Assembly: GCA_020026195.1 (NCBI GenBank)
Contig: JAHHQW010000004.1
Span: 6,416 to 70,415 of the forward strand
DNA from: Prevotella sp.
GTDB lineage: Bacteria > Bacteroidota > Bacteroidia > Bacteroidales > Bacteroidaceae
Length of the DNA stretch: 64,000 nucleotides
Direction of reading: 5' to 3'
In this document: piece after piece, positions 20,141 through 30,102 of the stretch
Layout of the letters: every line of letters starts with the position of its first letter
Numbering within the stretch: the stretch's first letter is position 1
Position numbers and translations under genes: made by a program
The notes under the pieces: model-generated
Told to the model about the DNA's origin: nothing
Databases searched by the model: none
What the model saw: the letters and a program-made list of their open reading frames with translations, nothing else

Positions 20141-22171
20141 ATGAAAACATTATTTATTTCTATTTTTCTATGTTTGTTTTCGGCGGTAAACTGCATTGCC
20201 GACGGAATTGGTACATGGAAAAATTATATGTCGTATAGCGACGTGACTGACATTCACAAAGGTGGAAATAATCTTTATGTGCTTGCTTCATCCAACTTAT
20301 ACACATATAATCTGAATGACGAGAGTATAACCACATACGACAAGACTAACGGTCTTTCTGACTGTAATATAGATTTCGTAGCTTGGTGTAATCAGACTAA
20401 AAGTCTGGCAATTATTTATAATAATCAGAACATAGACGTTCTTTCTGAAAATGGTAACATTACGAACATTGCAGATTATTACAACAAGACAATGACGCAG
20501 GATAAGACCATAAACAGTATTTATGTTCAGCAGAAGTATGTCTATCTGTGCACTAAGTTCGGAATAATAAAGGTTAATCTTGCCGACTATGAGATAACTG
20601 CAACATATAATCTTGGACTTGACATCACACGAATGCTGGTTGATAAAACTTATATATATGCAGAAACAGCAGCTGGTGAAGTTTATAATGCTGATATGCG
20701 TCAGAATCTTTTGGACAAAAATAACTGGAATAAGGTAGAAGGTTTCGACCGCAGTCGGTTTGACAAGGACATGACCATAATGAACGAATATCTGCCTGTA
20801 GTTAAAAAACTTCTCCCTGGCGGACCCAAGAGTAATCATTTTGCATCTTTACAGAACTTCGACAACAAACTCTATTCAACCGGAGGACTTTTTTATACAG
20901 GACGTGTAGAAAAGATGTATCCCGGCATTGTTCAAATGAAGGATAGAAATGACAACTGGGCAAAATTTCAAGATCAACTCGATACAATTACAAACATAAT
21001 GTACTGGGATGTTAACTGTGTAAAAGTATGTCCTTACGATACTACTATAGTTTATGCAGGCGGAAAGAGCGGTCTTTACAAGTTTAAGAACGGAAAATAC
21101 GCTGCAAATTACAATGACCATAACAGTCCGTTAAACACAGCTTATGACAGAGGAAACAAACTACCTCAGAACTATTGTCTTGTACACGGAATGACATTCG
21201 ATAAAGATGGTAATCTCTGGATTCTAAACAGTCAGACAAAGGATGCATCACTTTTAATGATGGATAAAGAAGGTAATTTCACAAAGTTTAATAAGCCCGA
21301 ATTCTTTGATGAAGGTTACAGTCTTGAGGCTATGAAAGACATAATGTTTGACAGTCGTGAACTTATATGGTTTGTAAATTCCAATTGGAAAAAACCATCA
21401 TTAATATGTTACGATCCTGTAAACAAGGGAGCAATGAGATACTCTAATTTTGTTAATCAAGATGGTAAATCTTATGAGGTTTATTCTGTCAACTGTCTTG
21501 GAGAAGACAAAGAAGGAAACATGTGGATAGGTACTAACCAGGGGCCGTTTGTATTCCATAAAGAATATATAGGAAAAGATATAGCACCGTTCTTTCAGGT
21601 AAAAGTTCCACGTAATGATGGTACAAATTATGCTGATTATCTGTTATCAGGTATAGACATCAGCTGTATGAAGATTGACGGAGCAGGAAGAAAATGGTTC
21701 GGTACATATGGTAACGGAGTTTATCTGATAAGCGCCAACAACATGACGGAAATACATCATTTCACTACAGACAACAGCAGCATTCTCTCAAATACTGTTC
21801 TGGCAGTAGAAACTGACGATACTACAGGAGAAGTATATTTTGCAACCGACGAAGGTCTATGTTCTTATAAGAGCGATGCAGGAAAACCTTCTGAAGAAAT
21901 GAACAAGGATAATGTTTATGCATATCCCAACCCTGTAGAACCCGATTATACCGGACTCATAACAATTACGGGACTCACCTTCGATGCAGATGTTAAGATT
22001 ACAAGCGCAGACGGTTACATTGTTGCTCAGGGACGCAGTAACGGAGGATTCTTTACATGGGACGGCTGCAACGAAAAAGGCAAACGAGTAGCCTCAGGTA
22101 TTTACTATGTAGTAACTGCTACATCCGACGGAAGCAAAGGAACGGTATGCAAAATAGCAGTCATAAACTAA
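20141..22171 (+). CDS. porZ: PorZ-like beta-propeller protein with T9SS C-terminal domain
   Basis: Signal peptide; propeller repeats (DKEGNMWIGT, DGAGRKWFGT, TGEVYFATDEGL); CTD VYAYPNPV...TWDG...GKRVASGIY...KIAVI. Confidence 0.65.
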   Translation: MKTLFISIFLCLFSAVNCIADGIGTWKNYMSYSDVTDIHKGGNNLYVLASSNLYTYNLNDESITTYDKTNGLSDCNIDFVAWCNQTKSLAIIYNNQNIDVLSENGNITNIADYYNKTMTQDKTINSIYVQQKYVYLCTKFGIIKVNLADYEITATYNLGLDITRMLVDKTYIYAETAAGEVYNADMRQNLLDKNNWNKVEGFDRSRFDKDMTIMNEYLPVVKKLLPGGPKSNHFASLQNFDNKLYSTGGLFYTGRVEKMYPGIVQMKDRNDNWAKFQDQLDTITNIMYWDVNCVKVCPYDTTIVYAGGKSGLYKFKNGKYAANYNDHNSPLNTAYDRGNKLPQNYCLVHGMTFDKDGNLWILNSQTKDASLLMMDKEGNFTKFNKPEFFDEGYSLEAMKDIMFDSRELIWFVNSNWKKPSLICYDPVNKGAMRYSNFVNQDGKSYEVYSVNCLGEDKEGNMWIGTNQGPFVFHKEYIGKDIAPFFQVKVPRNDGTNYADYLLSGIDISCMKIDGAGRKWFGTYGNGVYLISANNMTEIHHFTTDNSSILSNTVLAVETDDTTGEVYFATDEGLCSYKSDAGKPSEEMNKDNVYAYPNPVEPDYTGLITITGLTFDADVKITSADGYIVAQGRSNGGFFTWDGCNEKGKRVASGIYYVVTATSDGSKGTVCKIAVIN

Positions 22172-23136
22172 GAAAAAAAAGAATAATGTGGATAGACATG
22201 GCACGTGGAGCTGCCATTCTATCCATTTTACTTTTCCACACCGACTCGTATAACTTTGAAGAATTAATAATACCATACGAATATTATGTGGAAAACTTTT
22301 TAGCCCTGTTCTTTTTTATTTCAGGATTTTTATTCTACAGAGTAGAAGTAGAATTCGATATAAGACACAAGATTGAATCTATACTAAAAACAATAGTACT
22401 CCCCTATTTTATTTTTACCACATGCATGTCTGTTCCCAAAGCTCTCGTATATGGAAGAGAGTTATCCACAGATATGTTTATAACTATTATAACAGGTCAG
22501 GCATCATGGTTCGTAACTGCACTTATACTGGCAGAATTACTATTTTCCATTCTTATATTAGCGCAGAAACATAATCGTTTTATAATGCCTGCGGTATGTT
22601 TTATCTTAGGAATCTCATCAGTATATATAACTCCCGAATTCAATTTATGGCATTTTCAGAATGCTATGCTTGCAATGCCTTATCTGTATATGGGATATAT
22701 TTATCATAAATACGAACTGCCTGTAACATGGTTTGTAAACAACAAAGTATTTGTATCAGGCGTAATAGTATGTCTCTTTGCATTTAAATACTTAGAACAT
22801 AATGCAGGAATGAGAATGCTATTCGAACCTGTTATAATAACATCATTCTTATTGTTCTTTATAGACACAATGATGTTCATAACTGTGTTTATACTGTTGA
22901 TAAGACATATCCGTCCATATAAAATGATATGTTGGACAGGAAAAAACTCACTTGTGTATTATTTTCTATGCGGAGGTGTTCCACTGCTTACAAACAAACT
23001 ATTGGTGTTGTCTGGTATAAATTATGACGATAACATCATCATACTACTCCTAATTACTATTTTTGTGTATCTGATAACAACATTTATCACACATCTGATA
23101 GTAAGATACATTCCTTTCGTAACTGGAAAGTTCTGA
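22147..23136 (+). CDS. Acyltransferase family 3 membrane protein (O-acyltransferase)
   Basis: KKRIMWIDMARG..I...LFH, LFFFISGF, WF, GKNSLVYY; many TM segments. Start placed at ATG 22147 to retain the R.xxID motif (alternative start 22186). Confidence 0.8.
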   Translation: MQNSSHKLRKKRIMWIDMARGAAILSILLFHTDSYNFEELIIPYEYYVENFLALFFFISGFLFYRVEVEFDIRHKIESILKTIVLPYFIFTTCMSVPKALVYGRELSTDMFITIITGQASWFVTALILAELLFSILILAQKHNRFIMPAVCFILGISSVYITPEFNLWHFQNAMLAMPYLYMGYIYHKYELPVTWFVNNKVFVSGVIVCLFAFKYLEHNAGMRMLFEPVIITSFLLFFIDTMMFITVFILLIRHIRPYKMICWTGKNSLVYYFLCGGVPLLTNKLLVLSGINYDDNIIILLLITIFVYLITTFITHLIVRYIPFVTGKF

Positions 23137-23149
23137 TATAACAGAATCT

Positions 23150-23880
23150 ATTTTTATAGTTGAAAGTTATTAAAAAACTATGTGTATAACTATGTGCATA
23201 ACTTTTTAATAACTTCCCACTTATTAACATGCCTGTTCTGCCATGTAGATATCCACATGTTTATAAACATCTTATTATCAGGTTATCAATATACCAGTGT
23301 TAGTAAAAGTTATGAACTTATTAAATGCTAATAAAATTGTGGATAAGTTGATAAGTAACTTAATATGCTGTATAATAACATACTGATATAATTTAGCACT
23401 GTATATAATTAACGCGCAGTTGTTGATAAGTTGTAACCTACTGATAATCCACATAGTTATCAACATTTCCACAGATATATCATCATACTATATATTTTCT
23501 TTAATTAAAAAAGAAATAAATAATAATATATAGTTTGGTTGATAACATTGTTGAAAATAGAATTCAGAAATTTTAAAGTAATATGGACTGTAATATAATT
23601 AAAGGAACAAATATGATAACGTATAAAAGAATATTTCTGTTATAAAGAATAAAAGACCAGTGTATATTGACTGGTGAAGCTGATTTTGCCATGTTTTCAT
23701 GGCCGTATATAACAGATGTATCTGTGCATAATGTTTATAACTGCTTTTATTATTATGTGTAAAACTTATATTTATAAACACTATAATGTTTATATTAATA
23801 TTTTGATTTACAGATATTTAATGTATATATACACATTGTTATCAACATTTGTTGTTAGTATATGTTGATAATTGGAAAGC
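23150..23880. other. Probable chromosomal replication origin (oriC)
   Basis: ORF-free AT-rich region. TTWTNCACA boxes on the minus strand at 23181, 23193, 23338, 23723, 23756; one-mismatch boxes at 23249, 23445, 23465, 23827; TTATCAACA variants at 23421, 23457, 23839, 23863; AT-rich tract 23479-23534. Confidence 0.8.
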
Positions 23881-23935
23881 AGTACCCATAACATAGTATA
23901 TCGCCGTTCCTCATATAAGAAAATCAGTTATATGT

Positions 23936-23966
23936 TTTGAAATCAAAACATCAAGCACTATCTTTG
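23936..23966 (+). promoter_or_regulatory. Bacteroidetes promoter for mutS
   Basis: TTTG 23936-23939, 19 bp, TATCTTTG 23959-23966. Confidence 0.7.
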
Positions 23967-23994
23967 CATCATATTGAAAAAAGAAACAGGATAG

Positions 23995-26622
23995 ATGACT
24001 ACTAAGAAGGCGTTGACACCTATGATGAAGCAGTTTTATGATTTAAAGAGCAAACATCCGGATGCTCTTCTGCTTTTCAGATGTGGTGACTTTTATGAAA
24101 CATATTGCGACGATGCTCTCGAGGCTTCAGAGATACTTGGTATAACACTTACACACCGCAGCAACGGAAGCTGTAACGGTGATGCAATGGCGGGATTTCC
24201 TCATCATGCTCTTGATACATATCTTCCGAAACTTATAAGAGCTGGTAAGCGTGTTGCAATATGCGACCAGCTGGAAGATCCGAAGAAGACCAAGACTCTT
24301 GTCAAGAGAGGCATTACGGAACTCGTAACGCCAGGTCTTGCCATGAGTGACAATGTACTTAATTATAAGGAAAACAATTTTCTTGCAGCGGTACATATAG
24401 ATAAGGATATATGTGGCGTTGCATTTCTTGATATTTCTACTGGTGAGTTTCTCACAGGCGAAGGAAATTATGATTATGCAGAAAAACTTATAAACAACTT
24501 TTCACCGAAAGAAATTTTATTTGAACGTGATAAGAAGGCTAAGTTTGAGGAGATATTTGGTAACAAGTATTTCACATATCAGTTAGACGACTGGATATTT
24601 ACAGAGTGTACTGCCAAGAACAAACTGCTCGATCACTTTAAGATTAAGAGTCTTAAAGGTTTCGGTGTAGACCATCTTGAAAAAGGTATCATAGCTGCCG
24701 GGGCCATCTTGCAGTATCTGGAAATAACTCAGCATACGCAGACGGCGCACATTAAGTCGCTTGTAAGAATTGAAGAAGAAAAGTATGTCCGTCTTGACAA
24801 ATTTACAATTCGCAGTCTGGAACTTTTATATCCGATGCAGGAAGGTGGTCGCTCGCTCCTTTCTGTCATCGACAAGACAGTTTCTCCAATGGGTTCCAGA
24901 ATGCTTAAGAGATGGATGGTATTTCCATTAAAGAGCAAAACAAAAATAGACGAACGTCTGGACATTGTGGATTATTATTTCCGTCATCCGGATTTCAAGG
25001 AACTCATAGACATTCATCTTAGTCGCCTGGGTGATGTAGAACGAATAATTTCAAAAGTAGCTACCGGACGAGTTAGTCCGCGCGAGGTAGTACAGCTTAA
25101 ACTTGCACTTACAGCCATGGAACCTGTAAAGCAGGCCTGCATGGAATCTGATAACGAAGTTCTGAAACGTATAGGTGATAGGATAAATATCTGTGCATCT
25201 CTTCGTGACAGAATAGAGAAGGAAATAGAAAATGATCCTCCGCAGCTTATAAACAAGGGACGTGTGATAAAGTCTGGCGTAGACGAAGAACTCGACAATC
25301 TGCGCAGCATTGCATACAGCGGCAAGGATTATCTGATGAAGATACAGCAGAGGGAATCTGAAGAAACAGGTATCGCAAGTCTGAAGATAGGATTCAATAA
25401 TGTATTCGGATATTATCTTGAAGTTAGAAACACATACAAGGACAAGGTGCCTGAGACATGGATAAGAAAACAGACTCTTACGAGTGCCGAAAGATACATA
25501 ACCGAAGAACTCAAGGAATACGAAGAAAAGATTTTAGGAGCAGAGGATAAAATCATTGCAATAGAGACAAAGGTCTTTAGTGAACTTGTTACAGCAATGC
25601 AGGAATATATCTCAGCTATACAGATAGATGCCAATATGGCTGCACATCTCGACTGTCTCCTGTCGTTTAACAAGGTGGCAGTTGCTAATAAATATATGCG
25701 TCCCCAGATAGAAGACAGCGATGTATTAGACATAAAGGGCGGACGTCATCCTGTGATAGAGACAGAGCTGCCCATTGGCGAGGCTTATGTACCTAACGAC
25801 ATATATTTAGACACCGAAAAACAGCAGATACTGATAATAACAGGTCCTAACATGGCTGGTAAGTCGGCACTGCTCAGACAGACTGCCCTGATAGTATTAC
25901 TTGCACAGATAGGTTGTTATGTTCCGGCAGACAGTGCCACAGTAGGTATTGTGGATAAGATATTCACACGTGTAGGAGCATCTGATAATATTTCTCTCGG
26001 CGAATCTACATTCATGGTAGAGATGACAGAAGCTGCAAACATTTTGAACAATGTTACGCCACGCAGTCTTGTACTCTTTGATGAGCTTGGTCGAGGAACA
26101 TCTACGTACGACGGTATATCAATAGCATGGGCCATAGTGGAGTATCTTCATGAGAATCCGAAGGCCGGAGCACGTACACTCTTCGCTACACACTATCATG
26201 AACTGAATGAGATGGAAAAACTTTATTCCAGAATAAAGAATTACAATGTGTCGGTAAAGGAGATAAACGGTAAGGTGTTATTTATGCGTAAACTTGTGCG
26301 CGGCGGCAGCGAACATTCATTCGGTATTCATGTTGCAGAGATAGCAGGAATGCCGCAGAGTATCGTAAATCGTGCAGAAGTGGTGCTTAAACAGCTTGAA
26401 GACGATAACAGCAACGTTGGTATTGCCAAGCGTGCAGATACTTCGAATATAGCCGCAAATACGGGCGGAGGTATGCAGCTCAGTTTCTTCCAGCTCGACG
26501 ACCCTGTACTTTCTCAGGTTCGTGATGAGATTTTAGGTACGGATATAAATAATCTTACTCCTATAGATGCGATAAATAAACTTAATGATATAAAGACTAT
26601 ACTTACAGGAAAACGCAGCTGA
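23995..26622 (+). CDS. mutS: DNA mismatch repair protein MutS
   Basis: [41 protein letters not shown]. Confidence 0.98.
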   Translation: MTTKKALTPMMKQFYDLKSKHPDALLLFRCGDFYETYCDDALEASEILGITLTHRSNGSCNGDAMAGFPHHALDTYLPKLIRAGKRVAICDQLEDPKKTKTLVKRGITELVTPGLAMSDNVLNYKENNFLAAVHIDKDICGVAFLDISTGEFLTGEGNYDYAEKLINNFSPKEILFERDKKAKFEEIFGNKYFTYQLDDWIFTECTAKNKLLDHFKIKSLKGFGVDHLEKGIIAAGAILQYLEITQHTQTAHIKSLVRIEEEKYVRLDKFTIRSLELLYPMQEGGRSLLSVIDKTVSPMGSRMLKRWMVFPLKSKTKIDERLDIVDYYFRHPDFKELIDIHLSRLGDVERIISKVATGRVSPREVVQLKLALTAMEPVKQACMESDNEVLKRIGDRINICASLRDRIEKEIENDPPQLINKGRVIKSGVDEELDNLRSIAYSGKDYLMKIQQRESEETGIASLKIGFNNVFGYYLEVRNTYKDKVPETWIRKQTLTSAERYITEELKEYEEKILGAEDKIIAIETKVFSELVTAMQEYISAIQIDANMAAHLDCLLSFNKVAVANKYMRPQIEDSDVLDIKGGRHPVIETELPIGEAYVPNDIYLDTEKQQILIITGPNMAGKSALLRQTALIVLLAQIGCYVPADSATVGIVDKIFTRVGASDNISLGESTFMVEMTEAANILNNVTPRSLVLFDELGRGTSTYDGISIAWAIVEYLHENPKAGARTLFATHYHELNEMEKLYSRIKNYNVSVKEINGKVLFMRKLVRGGSEHSFGIHVAEIAGMPQSIVNRAEVVLKQLEDDNSNVGIAKRADTSNIAANTGGGMQLSFFQLDDPVLSQVRDEILGTDINNLTPIDAINKLNDIKTILTGKRS

Positions 26623-26652
26623 GTACATTAAGTTACAATAAAAAATATATGG

Positions 26653-26690
26653 AAGACAGATATCGTGACATGACGGTATCTGTCTTTTTT
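26653..26690 (+). terminator. Intrinsic terminator after mutS
   Basis: AAGACAGATATCGT-loop-ACGGTATCTGTCTTTTTT. Confidence 0.75.
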
Positions 26691-26894
26691 ATCATTATAC
26701 GAATAAAAACGGCTTTAGAACGATTGCTATGCGCCGTAATGTATACTTTATGTCAGAAAAGACAGAAAGTCCGAAATTCAGCCTCTATCATCTAAAACAG
26801 GCTTATGTATCGTTGTGTGTATGATATATGTTCCTTTCTACTTTTTTCTGTGTGCTTTTTTAGCAAGTAAGGTGATAGATACACTGAGTTTGCA

Positions 26895-26960
26895 AGTTAA
26901 TACACGTTTAATAGAATGTTAGTACAGCTGTGATTATTTTCAATCACACGTGTAAGAGAT
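26895..26960. repeat. Degenerate 22-bp-period palindromic intergenic repeat (ACAC/GCTGT core)
   Basis: TACACGTTTA (26901), TACAGCTGTG (26923), CACACGTGTA (26945); internal inverted repeat TGTGATT-N6-AATCACA. Confidence 0.5.
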
Positions 26961-27083
26961 TTCTTAATCTTTACAATTGCCATATTTAATCCTAAAAGTG
27001 GATTCTTTTCTTACAATAATAGAAGATAAAAATATATGTTTATGAAGACATTCCACTTAATATGTGTCTTTTCATAAGACAAT

Positions 27084-27119
27084 AAAAAACGTCCGAATCT
27101 ACAAAACAGATTCGGACGT
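27084..27119 (-). terminator. Intrinsic terminator after minus-strand yitT
   Basis: AAAAAACGTCCGAATCT-loop-AGATTCGGACGT. Confidence 0.7.
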
Positions 27120-27144
27120 CAGAAATATTTAATGAAATAATATG

Positions 27145-28092
27145 TTATATTTTAGCTCTGTCGTTCTCTAACTTACGTTTCTTTGAAGCCCACAGACCAT
27201 AAACTTCAGAGATATTATCGGCAGTCATGAATGTATCAATTTCATTATTGTTGATAAATTCTGTAAGTTTCAGGAATTCGTCCTTTGCAAGAAGAGCTTC
27301 GAGCTGAATCTTCTTTTCGTTGCTGTAACCACCGGTAACCTCGTAAAGAGTACATCCGCGCTTAAGATTATTGATGATGAAGTCTTGTATAACCTTATAA
27401 TCTTTAGTGATGATGTGTACACGTTTCTTACGGTTAAGACCAGCTGTGAAATAGTCGATTACGATACCATTGATCCATGTTCCGATAAGACCTAATACAA
27501 CGAGGTTGAACGGGTTGATGAGGAATGCTGTACAGCAAATCATGGCACCACCTACTGAAACAGAAGTACCGATGTCGAGATGTGCATACTTGTTGATAAG
27601 TTTACCCAGAATATCAAGACCTCCCGTAGATGCATTGATTCTGAACAAGATAGCTTGTGATGCACTGAGGATAATGATAAATGCTATAAGGTCAAGCCAC
27701 GGGTCGCCCATCACTGATGTAGAACCTTCGGCAAGGAACTTTTCGTGAGGGAAATAAACTTCAAGCACACGGAGTATAGGACCCAGAATAAGTGCGGTGT
27801 AAACAGTCTTTGTACCAAACTCTTTGCCAATGAAGACATAAGCTATTATAAGTAACAAAAGGTTTATGGCAAAAATAACTCCGGAGAGTGCCATGTGAAG
27901 ACCGAAGAATTTATCGGAAATGTTACATAGTACGATTGACAGACCGGTAACGCTACCTACAATAAGCTTACTTGGTACCAGGAAGAAATAAACAGCCGTT
28001 CCGGCTATTACCATACCCATGGTCATAATGAACAGTTCTACCCAGAATTTGCGGGTAGCAAGGATCTTCAGAAGATCTACTAATTTTGTCAT
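27145..28092 (-). CDS. YitT-family membrane protein
   Basis: FLVPSKLIVGSVTGLS, NASTGGLDIL, C-terminal RGCTLYEVTGGYS (DUF2179-type domain). Confidence 0.88.
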   Translation of the reverse strand: MTKLVDLLKILATRKFWVELFIMTMGMVIAGTAVYFFLVPSKLIVGSVTGLSIVLCNISDKFFGLHMALSGVIFAINLLLLIIAYVFIGKEFGTKTVYTALILGPILRVLEVYFPHEKFLAEGSTSVMGDPWLDLIAFIIILSASQAILFRINASTGGLDILGKLINKYAHLDIGTSVSVGGAMICCTAFLINPFNLVVLGLIGTWINGIVIDYFTAGLNRKKRVHIITKDYKVIQDFIINNLKRGCTLYEVTGGYSNEKKIQLEALLAKDEFLKLTEFINNNEIDTFMTADNISEVYGLWASKKRKLENDRAKI

Positions 28093-28324
28093 AATTAACA
28101 GTATTAGATTAATAGTTTTTTACTTGTTGATTGTGCAAAAATAAGTAATTATTTTAATATCGGTACTATTTAAAGAAAAATATTGCATAAAGACATTGTA
28201 AAACTACATATTTATGGACTTTATGTATATATATTACCTGTAATTATGTCCTAAAAACAAGAAAAAAGACATTCATTAACCTAAAGCTAACGAATGTCTT
28301 TATGATATGAAGAATAGTATGTTG

Positions 28325-29905
28325 TTATTGCTCTGTAAGTATTCTCAGAGCTTCATTCACTATGTCATTGTTCTTGTTAGTTATTTCAAAATACTCTGAC
28401 ATGTCCCATATATCTCGTGCTACAAGTGCCTTTAATTGAATTTTGAGCTGCTCTTTAGTTTTCTTCAGGTCTTTATTGTCTTCAGGTTCTATCTTGTCTT
28501 TTTTACCTTCTGCAATAATATTTTCTACAACTTCATCAGGTGTCTGATAGTTTTTCTTAAAGTCCTCGAAAGAAGTATATCTGCTGTGCAGTTCCTTGCG
28601 GTTTTCGTCGATGTATTTAAGACTTTGTGTAAGTACAATGTTCTTAAGTATAAGTTTACGATAATACTTTGAGAATTTAAGAGTATCTAAAGGAACAAAA
28701 TAGTCGGGCATAATTCCGCCGCCGCCATATACTGTACGATTTTCCTTGAGAGTATAGTATTTTAGCGAGTCGTTAAAGTGAATGCTGTCCTTGCATGTAA
28801 GTTCGCCGTGTTTCAGACGATTCTCAAAATCCATCTCATAATCTTTCATGTCTCCCTTCTTGTATGGCTTCTGTATACATCTTCCCGAAGGTGTGTAGTA
28901 ATGTGCAATCGTAAGACGTATCATAGAATTATCGGGAAGTTCGATGGGACGTTGTACCAGACCCTTTCCGAACGAACGACGTCCTACAACAATTCCTCGG
29001 TCATGGTCCTGAATAGCACCGGTAAATATTTCAGCTGCAGAAGCTGAGAATTCATCAATGAGTACCACTACCCTTCCGTCTCTGAATTTTCCGTTACCTG
29101 ATGCCTTGTAATTCTTCCTTTTGTAAGTACGTCCTTCGGTGTAAACCACTATATCGTTGCTGTTCAGAAATTCTCCTGCTATCTTTACCGAAGCCTGTAG
29201 GAAACCTCCGCCATTACCCTGGAGGTCTACTATTACGTCTTTCATTCCCTTCGACTGAAGGTCTTTCATAGCATCCATGAATTCTTTGTAAGTATTAGCA
29301 CCGAAGTTACCTAAACGAACATATCCTATTCCGTCGGCAATCATGTATGCTGCTTCGAGCGACTTGATGGGAATTCTGTCGCGCGTAACTACAAAAGTAA
29401 GTACATCGTGTACGCCTCGGCGTTTAACTTTAAGTGTTACCTTGCTGCCCTTCTTACCTCTAAGGCATTTCATTATTTTATGTTTCGGCATCTTTACACC
29501 GGCAATAACACTGTCGTTAACCGAAATGATACGGTCGCCTGGCAGAAGACCGGCTTTCTCCGAAGGACCGTTTACAACTGGCTGTATTACAACGAGAGAG
29601 TCGTCGATAATATTAAACTGTATGCCGATGCCTTCGAAATTACCCATGAGAGGTTCTGTAATGGCCTTCATTTCTTCAGCATCAGAATATGAAGAATGAG
29701 GATCAAGTTTCTCTAACATTCCCCTTATGGCATCTTCTACAAGTTTATTTTCGTTTACAGAGTCCACATAGAGAGCATTGATGTAAACTTCAGCCATCTG
29801 TAGTTTGCGCAGCGGACTTTCTTTTCCATAATTAATCTTTACCTGTGCAGATGCACAGAAACAAGACATAATAAATCCTATAAGAAGGAGAATTGTTCTT
29901 TTCAT
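28325..29905 (-). CDS. Carboxy-terminal processing protease (S41, PDZ)
   Basis: LDPHS, FEGIGIQF, DLQGNGGG, SASAAEI, SFGKGLVQ, YYTPSGRCIQ. Start moved to ATG 29905 because a -7 element lies at 29924-29931. Confidence 0.93.
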   Translation of the reverse strand: MKRTILLLIGFIMSCFCASAQVKINYGKESPLRKLQMAEVYINALYVDSVNENKLVEDAIRGMLEKLDPHSSYSDAEEMKAITEPLMGNFEGIGIQFNIIDDSLVVIQPVVNGPSEKAGLLPGDRIISVNDSVIAGVKMPKHKIMKCLRGKKGSKVTLKVKRRGVHDVLTFVVTRDRIPIKSLEAAYMIADGIGYVRLGNFGANTYKEFMDAMKDLQSKGMKDVIVDLQGNGGGFLQASVKIAGEFLNSNDIVVYTEGRTYKRKNYKASGNGKFRDGRVVVLIDEFSASAAEIFTGAIQDHDRGIVVGRRSFGKGLVQRPIELPDNSMIRLTIAHYYTPSGRCIQKPYKKGDMKDYEMDFENRLKHGELTCKDSIHFNDSLKYYTLKENRTVYGGGGIMPDYFVPLDTLKFSKYYRKLILKNIVLTQSLKYIDENRKELHSRYTSFEDFKKNYQTPDEVVENIIAEGKKDKIEPEDNKDLKKTKEQLKIQLKALVARDIWDMSEYFEITNKNNDIVNEALRILTEQ

Positions 29906-30102
29906 ATCATCGTAATTTATTTGCAAATATACATATTAAAATTGTAAATATTTACATCGCCGTGAAGAAATACGTCTTTAATAAGACGTTATCAGCCACC
30001 TTTCTTGGTTGTTTATTGCCATGATTAAAAAATATATTTAATTTTGCAAAATAGAGTAATTTACTGTATATTTGCATAATTAATTAAGATATAAAGAAAA
30101 TA

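Noticed and set aside
22173..22180. A8 tract at the 5' end of the acyltransferase as a phase-variation switch
   Set aside because: Runs of 8 also occur in housekeeping genes here (e.g. lepB near 15600); expected in AT-rich DNA.
23278..23781. Two short minus-strand ORFs (64 and 60 aa)
   Set aside because: They fall inside the DnaA-box region, have low-complexity AT-driven composition and no recognisable motifs.
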